Positions 9,866-19,557 of a stretch of 64,000 nucleotides of DNA are shown piece by piece. The notes under the pieces were generated by a model. That model was not told the origin of the DNA. It worked only from the letters and a program-made list of their open reading frames with translations, and ran no database searches. The stretch comes from a virus (taxonomy: Duplodnaviria > Caudoviricetes), in the IMG/VR virus record IMGVR_UViG_3300028591_000180, positions 10,505-74,504 of that record; one strand, 5' to 3'. How positions within the stretch are numbered: position 1 is the stretch's first letter; every line of letters starts with the position of its first letter. A program made the translations under genes and the position numbers.

Positions 9866-12800
9866 ATGCCGTTTGTTAAAAGAGCTAATACCCATCAGAC
9901 TCACTTTGAAGACCTAGTATTATTGGGGCCTGATGGATTAGAAGAATTAAATGATAAAATAGAAGGAACTATTGATACCTTAGAAAATAATAGTGAGAGA
10001 TTAAATCTTACTACCAAGATTGATGGTGCTCCTGCTGTTATTTGTTGGAGTAAGTTTGAAGGCTATCCAGATAATTCATGTTGTTTAAAGAGTGCTTTTG
10101 ATGCTAAGAAAAATAAGAAGATTTGTTCTACTCCTCAGGATGTTGACCTTTATTATGGAGATACACCAGAGAGAGCAGAAATGCTAAAAGATTGTTTAGT
10201 AATATGTCCATCCATTCCTGCAGGTGAAGCCTGGCAAGGAGATTGTTTATTTGTATCTAATACTAAAAAAGTAGAAAAGATAAATGGCAAAGAATACCTC
10301 ACCTTCATGCCGAATAAAATTATCTATGCTTTCTCTGAAGATAATCCTGGTTATGATGATGTGAAGAAAGCTTCATTTGGAATTGCTTTTCATACTATTT
10401 ACAAAGGGAACGGTGAGAATAGACAACAGTCATTCAAAGTTGATACCTCTAAGTTAAATACACCAGATGATTTCTATATTATGTCTCCAGCTTTAAATAT
10501 CCCAACAGACAAGAAAGTATTTAACCTTGATAAGGTTAAATCTCAGTTTGATAGGCTTGAAGATTTAGAACAGAAGTTATTATCTGATTATGACTATGAA
10601 GACTTAATTAATAATTCCTTATTTAGAGAGTATTGGGATACCTTTGAAAATAATTCTTTGGCCGACAAGAAGGCTATTACTATTAATGAAAATACTTTTA
10701 TTGAGGAATTAAAAGATTTTATTAAGAACGTAAGAGGTCCAGAGAAATTAGCTTCTAAAGTTAAGAAATTAAAAACTGAAAAGGGTATTGCTAATGCTAC
10801 TGAGAATTATAATCAAGAAATATTAGAACTTGAGGAAGTAATTGATAAGAACAGAGAATTACTTGTTAAATTAGTACAAACCCTTAATTGTGCTGCTACA
10901 ATTAAAATGTTATTATGGCAAGGATTTAAGCAAACTCAGTTTGATTATAATACTTTCTATCGTTCTAGAACTAAAGGTTATCTTCCAGGTGAAATGGAAG
11001 GTGTAGCTATGTCTGACCAGGATGGAAACATTGTTAAGATTGTTGACCGTAGCACTTTCAGTTCTTATAACAGAGACCCCGACATTATGTCTGGATTTGA
11101 ACACCCAGAAAATCTTACTACTGAACAACTATCATTTAAAGAAAGTTATAATGATGAACTAGTTGAATGCGGTATACAGCAACTTTGGGAAAAGTTCAAT
11201 AGATTATTAGAATCTGAACAGAAAACAGCTGTAGTAGCCTTTGGAAGAATGAATCCACCAACAATTGGACACCAGAAGCTAGTTGATACGATGGCCTCAT
11301 TAGCTACAGGTGAAAAGGCTAAATTATTCTTAAGTCATACACAGGATAAGAAGAAAAATCCATTGTCTTATGAGCAGAAGATCAGATATGCTAAAGAAGC
11401 TTTTGAACCGAAGATTGATGTAGTAGAATCACCTGCAAGAACCATCATCGAAGTACTGAGAGACTTATATTCTGACGGATATACAGACATCATTTATGTT
11501 GGTGGTGAAGACCGTATTGGAGGAGTCGATGATACCTCAGGTTTAATCATGAGATACAATGGACAGCCTGATAAGTCTGGAAATATTCCTTATGATTTTA
11601 ACTCAATTAAATTTAAGAGTGCTGGTGGTGGAGATGAAGGCGGGGACCGAAAAAAATTCACCTATGAGTATGTAAAACAAAACCTTGATAAATTAAACCT
11701 TGAAGAAATTGCTTCTGCTAGCTTAGTAAGAGAATGCGTTAAACGTGGTGATTTTGAATTATTTAAAAAACTAGTACCTTTCAATGAAGTTGATGCTGAA
11801 GCTTTATTTAATGAGATTAGAAGCTTCTATAAAGATAATGGACTGTTGGGTGAAAGTTTATTGACTGAGGAAAACAATCCTTCTATTTCAGTATTTCGAA
11901 ACTGGCTTAAACCGTATTTAGATCCAAAGCTTATTCAGATGGAAAATAGTAGACATTCATCAGCTGAGCTTTTTAGATTAAAGACCAATACTGAAAATCT
12001 TTCCTACGAAGATAAAGAAGAAGAGATAAAAAATTTAGTAACTAAAAGTATAAATAATGCTTCTTCAAATTTACCAACCCAATTAAAAAATATTCTATTA
12101 AATAATGTAAATATAATAGGATATAGTAATTATTCAGGTGAAGCAAATACATCTGGGAAGTATAAAGATTTTAAGATAGAGTTTATCTATCAAGATGACC
12201 AGGGAGATAGTAAAAAAGATTATTACTATATTTGCGTCAATCCAGGTGAAGTTAAATCAATGATTCCCAGTAAGGTAATGGAGAAAATAAATAATGTTAA
12301 TTATAAATCAATGTATAAATTTGTTTCTCCTAAAGCTCCTAACCGGGAAATACTAGTAAAGATTTTACAAGAAGCTTCATCATCCTCAAATGTTAGTTAT
12401 AGAGGAACTGTTAAGGATAATTTACTTAACAAAGGTAGCTTTGAAATATTATTCAAAACCAGAGATAGTGATGTATTAGAATTGATTAAATCAAATAGGT
12501 CTTTCACCATAGATTTTGCTGAAGTACTAGGATCAGTAGTGTTGGCTAATGCTGTATCACAAGATATTCATAATGAAGATACATTAATTTCTTTCCCGAC
12601 TGGAAGTAATGCTGAATTATTAGATTATGTTTTACATAATAGTAATTCTATTCTTGGGCCTGAGTTAAAAATATCAGCTAAAACAGGAATGGGTGGAGCA
12701 CCCTCTAGTGGAAGTTTAATCAACAGTATTGTAGAATATTATTCTGATAACAATGTACCTGAAGAATATAAGAGTGGTTATGACTTCTGTGTATGGGCTG

Positions 12801-13378
12801 AGAAGAATATTACTCGAAACTCAGGTGAAGATAGAGTAAATACTCATACAGGTTTTATAAATCTTTCTAAAGAGTTAATTTCTATAATATCAGGTAATAG
12901 AGATAGCTGGTCTAATCTATTAAAAATAGACCAAAATGATATTAATGTTATTAGGTCTATATATAATTTTAAGTTAAATAATTATAATGACATTGTTAAG
13001 TTATATGACTTAACTAATGGCTTGAGAATAAACGATAATTTCGGTAAACTGAGAAAGTCAATCTATGACATGGCTGAAAAAACAGGACATCTTGAAAAAT
13101 ATCTGGAATCAGTTAAGTATAAGATTTTAAGTACTATTATGGTTAATTATATAAATGACTCTGATAAATTAATGGATGATATAAATAATTTATTTAGGAT
13201 AGCTTATGGAACTCTTATTCAAATACATTTAGTAGACGATAATGATATAATAGAAGGAAACTTTAAGTTTTATACTCAAACAACTCAAACAGATAATTAT
13301 AGATTTTTACAAAATACTGGAATATCCTCTAAAGACTTCACCATGAATAATCAACGCTTAGCCATGAGGTTAAAATAA
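9866..13378 (+). CDS. multidomain protein: DUF6267-like N-domain + HxGH nucleotidyltransferase (cytidyltransferase) + possible PD-(D/E)xK-like domain
   Basis: HFEDLVLLG/TKIDGAPAVI/GEMEGVA N-domain; AFGRMNPPTIGHQKL (HxGH) with YVGGEDR; C-terminal DFAEVLG...FPTGSN..LLD...ISAK. Domains joined by xxE-rich linkers. Confidence 0.7.
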   Translation: MPFVKRANTHQTHFEDLVLLGPDGLEELNDKIEGTIDTLENNSERLNLTTKIDGAPAVICWSKFEGYPDNSCCLKSAFDAKKNKKICSTPQDVDLYYGDTPERAEMLKDCLVICPSIPAGEAWQGDCLFVSNTKKVEKINGKEYLTFMPNKIIYAFSEDNPGYDDVKKASFGIAFHTIYKGNGENRQQSFKVDTSKLNTPDDFYIMSPALNIPTDKKVFNLDKVKSQFDRLEDLEQKLLSDYDYEDLINNSLFREYWDTFENNSLADKKAITINENTFIEELKDFIKNVRGPEKLASKVKKLKTEKGIANATENYNQEILELEEVIDKNRELLVKLVQTLNCAATIKMLLWQGFKQTQFDYNTFYRSRTKGYLPGEMEGVAMSDQDGNIVKIVDRSTFSSYNRDPDIMSGFEHPENLTTEQLSFKESYNDELVECGIQQLWEKFNRLLESEQKTAVVAFGRMNPPTIGHQKLVDTMASLATGEKAKLFLSHTQDKKKNPLSYEQKIRYAKEAFEPKIDVVESPARTIIEVLRDLYSDGYTDIIYVGGEDRIGGVDDTSGLIMRYNGQPDKSGNIPYDFNSIKFKSAGGGDEGGDRKKFTYEYVKQNLDKLNLEEIASASLVRECVKRGDFELFKKLVPFNEVDAEALFNEIRSFYKDNGLLGESLLTEENNPSISVFRNWLKPYLDPKLIQMENSRHSSAELFRLKTNTENLSYEDKEEEIKNLVTKSINNASSNLPTQLKNILLNNVNIIGYSNYSGEANTSGKYKDFKIEFIYQDDQGDSKKDYYYICVNPGEVKSMIPSKVMEKINNVNYKSMYKFVSPKAPNREILVKILQEASSSSNVSYRGTVKDNLLNKGSFEILFKTRDSDVLELIKSNRSFTIDFAEVLGSVVLANAVSQDIHNEDTLISFPTGSNAELLDYVLHNSNSILGPELKISAKTGMGGAPSSGSLINSIVEYYSDNNVPEEYKSGYDFCVWAEKNITRNSGEDRVNTHTGFINLSKELISIISGNRDSWSNLLKIDQNDINVIRSIYNFKLNNYNDIVKLYDLTNGLRINDNFGKLRKSIYDMAEKTGHLEKYLESVKYKILSTIMVNYINDSDKLMDDINNLFRIAYGTLIQIHLVDDNDIIEGNFKFYTQTTQTDNYRFLQNTGISSKDFTMNNQRLAMRLK

Positions 13379-13384
13379 TTTAGG

Positions 13385-13411
13385 AAGAGTTAGTTTAATC
13401 TAACTCTTTTT
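13385..13411 (+). terminator. rho-independent terminator overlapping the next -35
   Basis: AAGAGTTAG-TTTAAT-CTAACTCTT-TTT; TATAAT lies 17 bp after the loop hexamer. Confidence 0.7.
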
Positions 13412-13447
13412 ATTGTTATAATATATCTGTAAATGGAGGATCATCAT

Positions 13448-13732
13448 ATGTCAAATAACGTCATTAATACTACTTTATCTGAAACTACAATTTATACTTC
13501 TATCCGCTCTGTTACTGATTTAACAAACATTATCAAAAAATCAATCTCAAATATTAACTCATCTATTAACTTTCACAATTCTGTACCCACCGAACAACGT
13601 GATACCTATTTAATAGAAATTCTTCAAAACAAATTAAATTTATTAACTAATCATCTAAATTATCTTAACACTCTGCCACACAATTATTATATCTGTATGG
13701 CCGACTCTGAACTAAATAACTTATATTATTAA
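13448..13732 (+). CDS. hypothetical protein, G-poor sequence
   Basis: Promoter and GGAGGA SD before ATG 13448. Confidence 0.5.
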   Translation: MSNNVINTTLSETTIYTSIRSVTDLTNIIKKSISNINSSINFHNSVPTEQRDTYLIEILQNKLNLLTNHLNYLNTLPHNYYICMADSELNNLYY

Positions 13733-13836
13733 GGTAACTACCTTAATAATTTATTGTATATTATAATGTGGGTAATACAAGAGAGAATTTGCTAGATAGG
13801 ACTAGCTTATAATTAAATCATTAGGAGGATTTAAGG

Positions 13837-14115
13837 ATGAAAAAATTATTTTATAGTGAAATTTTAAAGAAGTACTACGATACCGAAGAAGAATGCCTGA
13901 AGGCTGAAAATGAATGGAATGAACAGCACAAGGCAGAACTTGCAGCTAAGGCAGAAAAGACGGCTAAGGCCAAGGAGGTAGAAGAAGCTTACAAAAAGTA
14001 CATTGAACTGAGGTCAGAATTCATTAAGAAGTATGGTCAGTTTCACATGACATTAACTGACAAAGATCTCCCTACTAATTCATTATTTGATATTTTCGAT
14101 AGAATCTGGTTTTAA
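13837..14115 (+). CDS. helical/coiled-coil hypothetical protein
   Basis: AGGAGG SD; charged helical sequence. Confidence 0.65.
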   Translation: MKKLFYSEILKKYYDTEEECLKAENEWNEQHKAELAAKAEKTAKAKEVEEAYKKYIELRSEFIKKYGQFHMTLTDKDLPTNSLFDIFDRIWF

Positions 14116-14171
14116 TTTCTAATACCCACTAATAAACAAAATCTTTCTCTCTATATGTTTATGTTATAAAA

Positions 14172-14199
14172 AATAAAAGCTCGAAAGGGCTTTTATTTT
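14172..14199 (+). terminator. rho-independent terminator
   Basis: AATAAAAGCTC-GAAA-GGGCTTTTATTTT. Confidence 0.75.
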
Positions 14200-14224
14200 A
14201 GTTTAAATTATCTATCATATTTAT

Positions 14225-14250
14225 TATAATAATAATGTAAATAAAGGAGG
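14225..14250 (+). promoter_or_regulatory. -10/SD leader cassette TATAATAATAATGTAAATAAAGGAGG
   Basis: Near-identical copies at 32623, 32844 (partial) and 33015; variant at 3721. Confidence 0.65.
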
Positions 14251-14257
14251 CTCACTC

Positions 14258-14830
14258 ATGGAATACAATTTCTTCGAACTGATCTCAAAAGCTTATCCCA
14301 TCATTAAATCTGAGGGATATACCAAAGGTGAAACTTCTCAGTATATTAAGAGTAATTATTCTAATCTACCATCAGAAGCCTCAATGGAAGATGTAAGTGA
14401 TTTCATCCAGTGGGTAGAAGAAAGATCTGCTAACTCCAAAAGTGACTACATGAAGTCTGTTTTAGCTCTTAGGAATAAGAAGGATATTAAAGAAAACGAA
14501 TTAAATCTTATCTTATCCTCCCTTGGATTTTATTTTAAAGATAAGAAAGCTCAGGAAGAAAGAGATAATAATCCATCAAAATTCATTGGTCAAGTAGGTG
14601 ATAAGGTTACCTTTACCATTAAAGAAAAGAAAGCAATTTCCTACGGTGATTTTGGAAATACTTTCTATAGGTTAGTAGGAACTGATAATAATATTTACAT
14701 GTGGTCTACTTCTTTATACCCGGAAGTTGGTGATACTATTACTGCTAAGGTAAAAGCCCATCGTGATTACAGAGGAGAAAAACAAACTATTATAACCAGA
14801 GGAAAGGTTATCCACCCTGAGGAGGATTAA
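14258..14830 (+). CDS. hypothetical protein with C-terminal OB-fold-like segment
   Basis: SKFIGQVGDKVTFT...KAHRDYRGEKQTIITR resembles a widespread phage family. Confidence 0.6.
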   Translation: MEYNFFELISKAYPIIKSEGYTKGETSQYIKSNYSNLPSEASMEDVSDFIQWVEERSANSKSDYMKSVLALRNKKDIKENELNLILSSLGFYFKDKKAQEERDNNPSKFIGQVGDKVTFTIKEKKAISYGDFGNTFYRLVGTDNNIYMWSTSLYPEVGDTITAKVKAHRDYRGEKQTIITRGKVIHPEED

Positions 14831-15310
14831 ATGAATAGAACTAAAGAAGAATACCGTAAAGAATTTGAAGAAATTGAAAATAAATGGTTTGATGAATGGA
14901 ATGCTCTGGGTGGACCTGAAAGTGGTAAAAGGCCTGACTGGTATTATGTAGATAAGCAGTTAGAACTTAGAAAAGACTGGTATAGGTCTTTAGAAGTAGG
15001 CGACAAGGTTCATATTAGACATTACACAGATATTACTCCAGCAACGGTAATTAAGAGAACACCGAGGATGGTCATTGTTAGAAATGAAAAGGCCGATCTC
15101 GATGGTAAATGGAAGCCTGAATTTATTCCCGGCGGCTTCTCTGCCCACTGCACTAATGATAATGATCAGATCAGTCATTGGATAATTGAAGAAGATCTTG
15201 AGGGCTCAACAGAAAGATTTAACTGGTCAGAGAAGTACGGTATTTGGAAGAATAGTTCAGACGAAACCTTGGGTGCTGGCTGGATGAAATACTATGATTA
15301 TAATTTCTAG
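14831..15310 (+). CDS. Trp-rich hypothetical protein
   Basis: ORF track; all Trp codons are TGG. Confidence 0.65.
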   Translation: MNRTKEEYRKEFEEIENKWFDEWNALGGPESGKRPDWYYVDKQLELRKDWYRSLEVGDKVHIRHYTDITPATVIKRTPRMVIVRNEKADLDGKWKPEFIPGGFSAHCTNDNDQISHWIIEEDLEGSTERFNWSEKYGIWKNSSDETLGAGWMKYYDYNF

Positions 15311-15319
15311 GAGGTATAT

Positions 15320-15499
15320 ATGGAAAGAGTAAAAAGAATTTGCCCACGATGCAAAAGAACTTATTTAGATTACCCAGCAATAAGCAGAAGAGATAATAAG
15401 ACTCCTATCTGCCCAGATTGTGGAACAGCTGAAGCTTTTGAAGATTATTTTGGAGATACTTATACAGGAGAAAAATATTGGGAAGAAGATGAAAGCTAA
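15320..15499 (+). CDS. Zn-ribbon protein (59 aa)
   Basis: GGAGGT SD; ICPRC...YPAISRRDN...ICPDCG. Below the track cutoff. Confidence 0.7.
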   Translation: MERVKRICPRCKRTYLDYPAISRRDNKTPICPDCGTAEAFEDYFGDTYTGEKYWEEDES

Positions 15500-15746
15500 G
15501 TTAGAAAATTACACTGGAAAAGTTTTTGAAAAACCCCTTGATGCTATTTACGAAAAGTGTTTAGATTGCTCTGGCAATGATGATAAAGAATTAAAATTAT
15601 GTGCTTGTACTTCTTGTTCTTTATGGCCCTTTAGATTTGGTAATACGCCATATAAGAGGTCACGGAATATAACTGAAGAACAGCGTAGAGAAGTAGGAGA
15701 AAGGCTGAAGAAAGCCCGGCAACTAAATGGCAAGCAAGAGAGATAA
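15489..15746 (+). CDS. Cys-containing conserved phage protein
   Basis: KCLDC...C..CSLWPFRFG; likely start ATG 15489. Confidence 0.65.
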   Translation: MKAKLENYTGKVFEKPLDAIYEKCLDCSGNDDKELKLCACTSCSLWPFRFGNTPYKRSRNITEEQRREVGERLKKARQLNGKQER

Positions 15747-16083
15747 AGTAAAAGATATTGATAGGTTTAGTATTATTTGTCCATTAAATAGATGTTATGT
15801 TTGTGGTACCACTCAAAATATTCATATACACGAAGTATTTGGAGGTCAAAATAGATCTAAATCTAAATCGGATGGGATGTGCATAGGTTTATGTGGACCA
15901 CATCATAATTTATCAAGCAACGGAATACATTATAATAAAATACTTGACGAAAGAGTAAAGAAACAAGCAGAAAAGATTTGGATTAAGAACTATTGTGATA
16001 AAGATCTTTCACCTTCTGATAAGATTAATTTATTTATCAAGAGATATGGAATTAATTATCTTGATGAAGGAGAAGTTATTTAA
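15727..16083 (+). CDS. Zn-binding HNH-like protein
   Basis: CYVCG...HIHEVFGG.NR..S...G.CI.LC..HH. Confidence 0.6.
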   Translation: MASKRDKVKDIDRFSIICPLNRCYVCGTTQNIHIHEVFGGQNRSKSKSDGMCIGLCGPHHNLSSNGIHYNKILDERVKKQAEKIWIKNYCDKDLSPSDKINLFIKRYGINYLDEGEVI

Positions 16084-16124
16084 AACAATACTGTATAATA
16101 TAATATTGAAGGAGAAATAGTGCT

Positions 16125-16775
16125 ATGAAAGTTTATTTAGCTGGCTCTATTTTTTATTATGGTGATGAGTTACGTAATAGAGAATGGGCAAAGAAAATTA
16201 GAGACCAATTCCCCGGTATTGATCTTTACTCACCAATTGAAAACACAGACATCAACGGTACTGAAGGCAAGAAGAAGTTTGCCGGTTCTAAGTTAATTGC
16301 TAATGGAGATAATCAGAGGTTAGATAATACTGATGTTCTATTGGCTTGTATTGATGGAGATGTTATTCCAAGTGGCACTAGTGCAGAAATTGGTGTAATG
16401 AGAGAAAAGATTCGTAGAGGAGATCATAAATACGTCATTGGTATTTGCACTGATAACAGAGAGTGCTCAAGGACACATAGTTTAGAGAAAGATCAGGGTG
16501 CGGCTGCAGACATTTGTGAGCAACAGTACTGCTATCAAAATCTCTATACGGTGGGTTTGATAAAGGAATCTGGCATCCTTGTAAATAACATTGATGATGC
16601 TATTGAGTTTATGAAAAAGATTGCCCCTGAATTTTTACAGGAGTTTGTAGACTCAGAACCCTGAGATAATGAAAAGATTTTTAATTTTCTAAAAGATGAT
16701 AAATCCTTTTGAGGTGAAGATGAAGAAGTTAAACAATACTCAGAAGGAATGCGGAGGGAAATATTAAATGGATAA
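16125..16775 (+). CDS. nucleoside 2-deoxyribosyltransferase family protein (TGA=Trp extended)
   Basis: MKVYLAG, YSP, D.LLA.IDG...SGT.AEIG. Reading TGA 16662 and 16710 as Trp extends it to TAA 16773-16775, overlapping the next ATG. Confidence 0.8.
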
Positions 16776-18012
16776 TTTAATTTATAAAATTGATGAATCT
16801 CCAAAGACATTAAAAGAATATCTATTATATGGTGCTCAGCAATGTCTTTCTATTCTTACTGCCACAATTCTTATTTCTACCATTTGTGGTACTAATGTGG
16901 CGGCTGGTTTTGTAGGAGCTGGTGTTGCAACAATTGTATTCTTAGTATTAACAGGATTTAAAGCTCCATTATTCTTTAGTAATAGTGGTTCTACCTGTGC
17001 TGCTGTTATTACTGCTTTGGCTTTAGGGCATGATTACACCGGTGTTATTCTTGGTGGTGTCACTATTTGTGTTATGAATACTTGTGCAGCTTTGATTACA
17101 AAGAAAGCTGGTTCAGGCTGAGTCAATAAACTATTACCACCTGTTGTTTCTGGTACGATCGTAACGATCATTGGTCTTAACCTCGCTGGTTTCTGTGCTA
17201 CCTATGTTGGCATGGGAGTTGAAGGTGAACTTAAGAGAGTAATTGTAGCATTCTGTACAATGCTCATTACAGTTTGTACAATGCACTACTCTAAAGGAAT
17301 GTTAAAGACCTTACCATTCTTAGTTGGAGCTTTAGGTGGTTACTTGATTTCTATCATCTTTGGACTAGTTGACTTCTCAGTTTTCAAAGACATTTCATTA
17401 ATTACACTTCCGGACTTTGCGTTTAAGCATATTGACTTTAAATTATTTGATTGGGCAACATTACCAACAATCATTGTGACATTTGGTGCTGTAAACCTTG
17501 CTAACTTAGGTGAGCATATTTCAGACATCTTAGCTGTAAGTACAGTAGTTAGAGAAGATCTTACTGAGAAAGTTGGCTTACATAAAACATTCTTAGGTGA
17601 TGGTATCGCTGACTTAATTGGTACATTTATTGGTGGCCAGCCTACTACTACTTATTCAGAATCATTATCTACCATTGCTGTTTCTAGAGTAGCATCAACC
17701 AAGGTTATTTTAGTGTCTGCCGTTATGACTGTCTTATTAGGTTTCTTTGGTCCATTACAGACATTAATTATTAGTATTCCTGATTGTGTCTTTGGTGGTA
17801 TTGCTCTAGTAGCTTATGGTATGATTGCTGCAAGTGGTGTTAGAATTCTGACGACAGTAGATTTCAATAAACAAAGAAATGTTATTATTACAGCTACGAT
17901 GTTAACAATCGGTGTTTCTGGTGTAGCTTTTAATATTGGCCAGTTTACTCTGGGAGCTATAGCCTTAGCTATGGTATCTGGGCTGGTGATCAATTTATTA
18001 TTAAAAGAATAG
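16768..18012 (+). CDS. uraA: NCS2 uracil/xanthine permease (UraA/PyrP-like)
   Basis: Track fragments 16768-17121 and 17212-18012 are in frame and joined by TGA 17119 (GSG-W-VNKLLPPVVSG). EHISD, GDGIA, PTTTYSE and GGI motifs. Confidence 0.88.
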
Positions 18013-18046
18013 TGTATATTATTTTTTAGAAAGAAAGAGGTTAATT

Positions 18047-19270
18047 ATGAGGAAAATTATTTCTAAAATCTTAGTAGTTCTGTTAGTAACTGCATCATTG
18101 TGGGGTTGCTCTGGTAGTAATGAAAATAAACCTGAGCCAGAAAAGAAAGTAAAAATCGGTGTCATTTTAGTTGGAGATGAAAATGAAGGTTATACTTATG
18201 CTCACATCGAGGGTATTAAAGATGCTGCTAAGGCAAATAATATGACTGACGATCAAATTATTTGGAAGTATTCAGTTGGAGAATCTCAGGATTGCTATGA
18301 TGCTGCTATTGACTTAGTAGAACAGGGTTGTACTGCTATCTTCTCTAACAGTTATGGCCACCAGGCTTATATGCAGAAGGCTGCTGCTGAACATCCTGAA
18401 GTTAAGTTTGTTTCTGCTACAGGTGATACTGCTGCTATTTCTGGTTTGGATAACTTCTCTAATGCGTTTACCAATGTTTATGAATCACGTTATGTTTCTG
18501 GTATCGTAGCTGGTATGAAGTTGGCTGAGCTTGAAAAAGAAGGTAAGATTGATCCTGAAAGTTATGTTGATGGTAAGGTATTAATTGGTTATATTGGTGC
18601 TTTCCCTTATGCAGAAGTTGTTTCTGGTTATACTGCATTCTTCCTTGGAGTTAAATCAGTATTTGAAAATGTTACGATGGAAGTAATTTATACTAACTCA
18701 TGGTTTAATATTATTGCTGAAGCTGAGACCGCTAGAAAAATGATGGAAGATCATTGTGTAATTATCAGCCAGCATGCTGACTCCACCGGTGCTCCGTCTG
18801 CAATTGAATCCGCTGGAAGGGAAGTTTATTCTGTTGGTTATAATGTTGATATGTTAGGCGTTGCACCTACTAAGGCTTTAACAAGTGCAACTAATACTTG
18901 GGGTGTCTACTATACTTATGCATTTGGCCAGGTATTAAAAGGTGAAAAGATCGCTACCGACTGGGCTGAAGGATATGAGACCGGTGCTGTTGCCATCACC
19001 AAGTTAGGCCCAAGCTGCGCTGCCGGAACTCAGGAAGCCGTTGACAAGGCCATCGCCAGCATCAAGGCCGGAACTCTGCATGTATTTGATACAAGTACCT
19101 GGACAGTTAATGGTGAACATTTAACAGAATCGGTAGTCGACTTAGACGGTGACTTCAAGACTGATTCTGCTGCCGATAAGAATGCTATTTGGGACGGTTA
19201 CTTCCATGAATCTGAATTAAGAAGTGCTCCTTCATTTAGTGTTCGAATTGATGGAATTATCGAAAAATAG
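18047..19270 (+). CDS. BMP-family nucleoside-binding lipoprotein
   Basis: Signal peptide with lipobox LWGC; NSYG, YESRYVSGIVAG, IGYIGAFPYAEV, QHAD motifs. Confidence 0.88.
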   Translation: MRKIISKILVVLLVTASLWGCSGSNENKPEPEKKVKIGVILVGDENEGYTYAHIEGIKDAAKANNMTDDQIIWKYSVGESQDCYDAAIDLVEQGCTAIFSNSYGHQAYMQKAAAEHPEVKFVSATGDTAAISGLDNFSNAFTNVYESRYVSGIVAGMKLAELEKEGKIDPESYVDGKVLIGYIGAFPYAEVVSGYTAFFLGVKSVFENVTMEVIYTNSWFNIIAEAETARKMMEDHCVIISQHADSTGAPSAIESAGREVYSVGYNVDMLGVAPTKALTSATNTWGVYYTYAFGQVLKGEKIATDWAEGYETGAVAITKLGPSCAAGTQEAVDKAIASIKAGTLHVFDTSTWTVNGEHLTESVVDLDGDFKTDSAADKNAIWDGYFHESELRSAPSFSVRIDGIIEK

Positions 19271-19293
19271 AAACTATAAATATTAATTAATTT

Positions 19294-19325
19294 AAAGAGG
19301 GCTAGTTTACAGGCTAGCCCTCTTT
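19294..19325 (+). terminator. terminator hairpin whose loop contains the TTTACA -35
   Basis: AAAGAGGGCTAG-TTTACAGG-CTAGCCCTCTTT; TATAAT at 19330. Confidence 0.75.
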
Positions 19326-19359
19326 ATTGTATAATTTAATTACCTAAGGAGGATTACTA

Positions 19360-19557
19360 ATGTCAAAAGATGAATTATTAGATTTTGGAATAGCGTTATT
19401 AATGACAGTCATTCATATTGGTTTATGTGTATTTGTTTGGTGGATTATTGCTAAGCTCTTACATGAAGATTTTCCACACCTCTTAACATCAGCTGGTCTT
19501 GGCCTGTGGGGATTCTCGGTATTCAGATCATATTGGAGAAAGGATAATAAGATTTAA
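19360..19557 (+). CDS. small membrane protein
   Basis: Two hydrophobic helices; AGGAGG SD. Confidence 0.6.
   Translation: MSKDELLDFGIALLMTVIHIGLCVFVWWIIAKLLHEDFPHLLTSAGLGLWGFSVFRSYWRKDNKI

Noticed and set aside
13765-14155. Complementary segments flanking ORF 13837 (GTGGGTA/TACCCAC; AGAGAGAA/TTCTCTCT)
   Set aside because: They are short, imperfect and not in nested order; insufficient to call an inverted repeat or mobile element.
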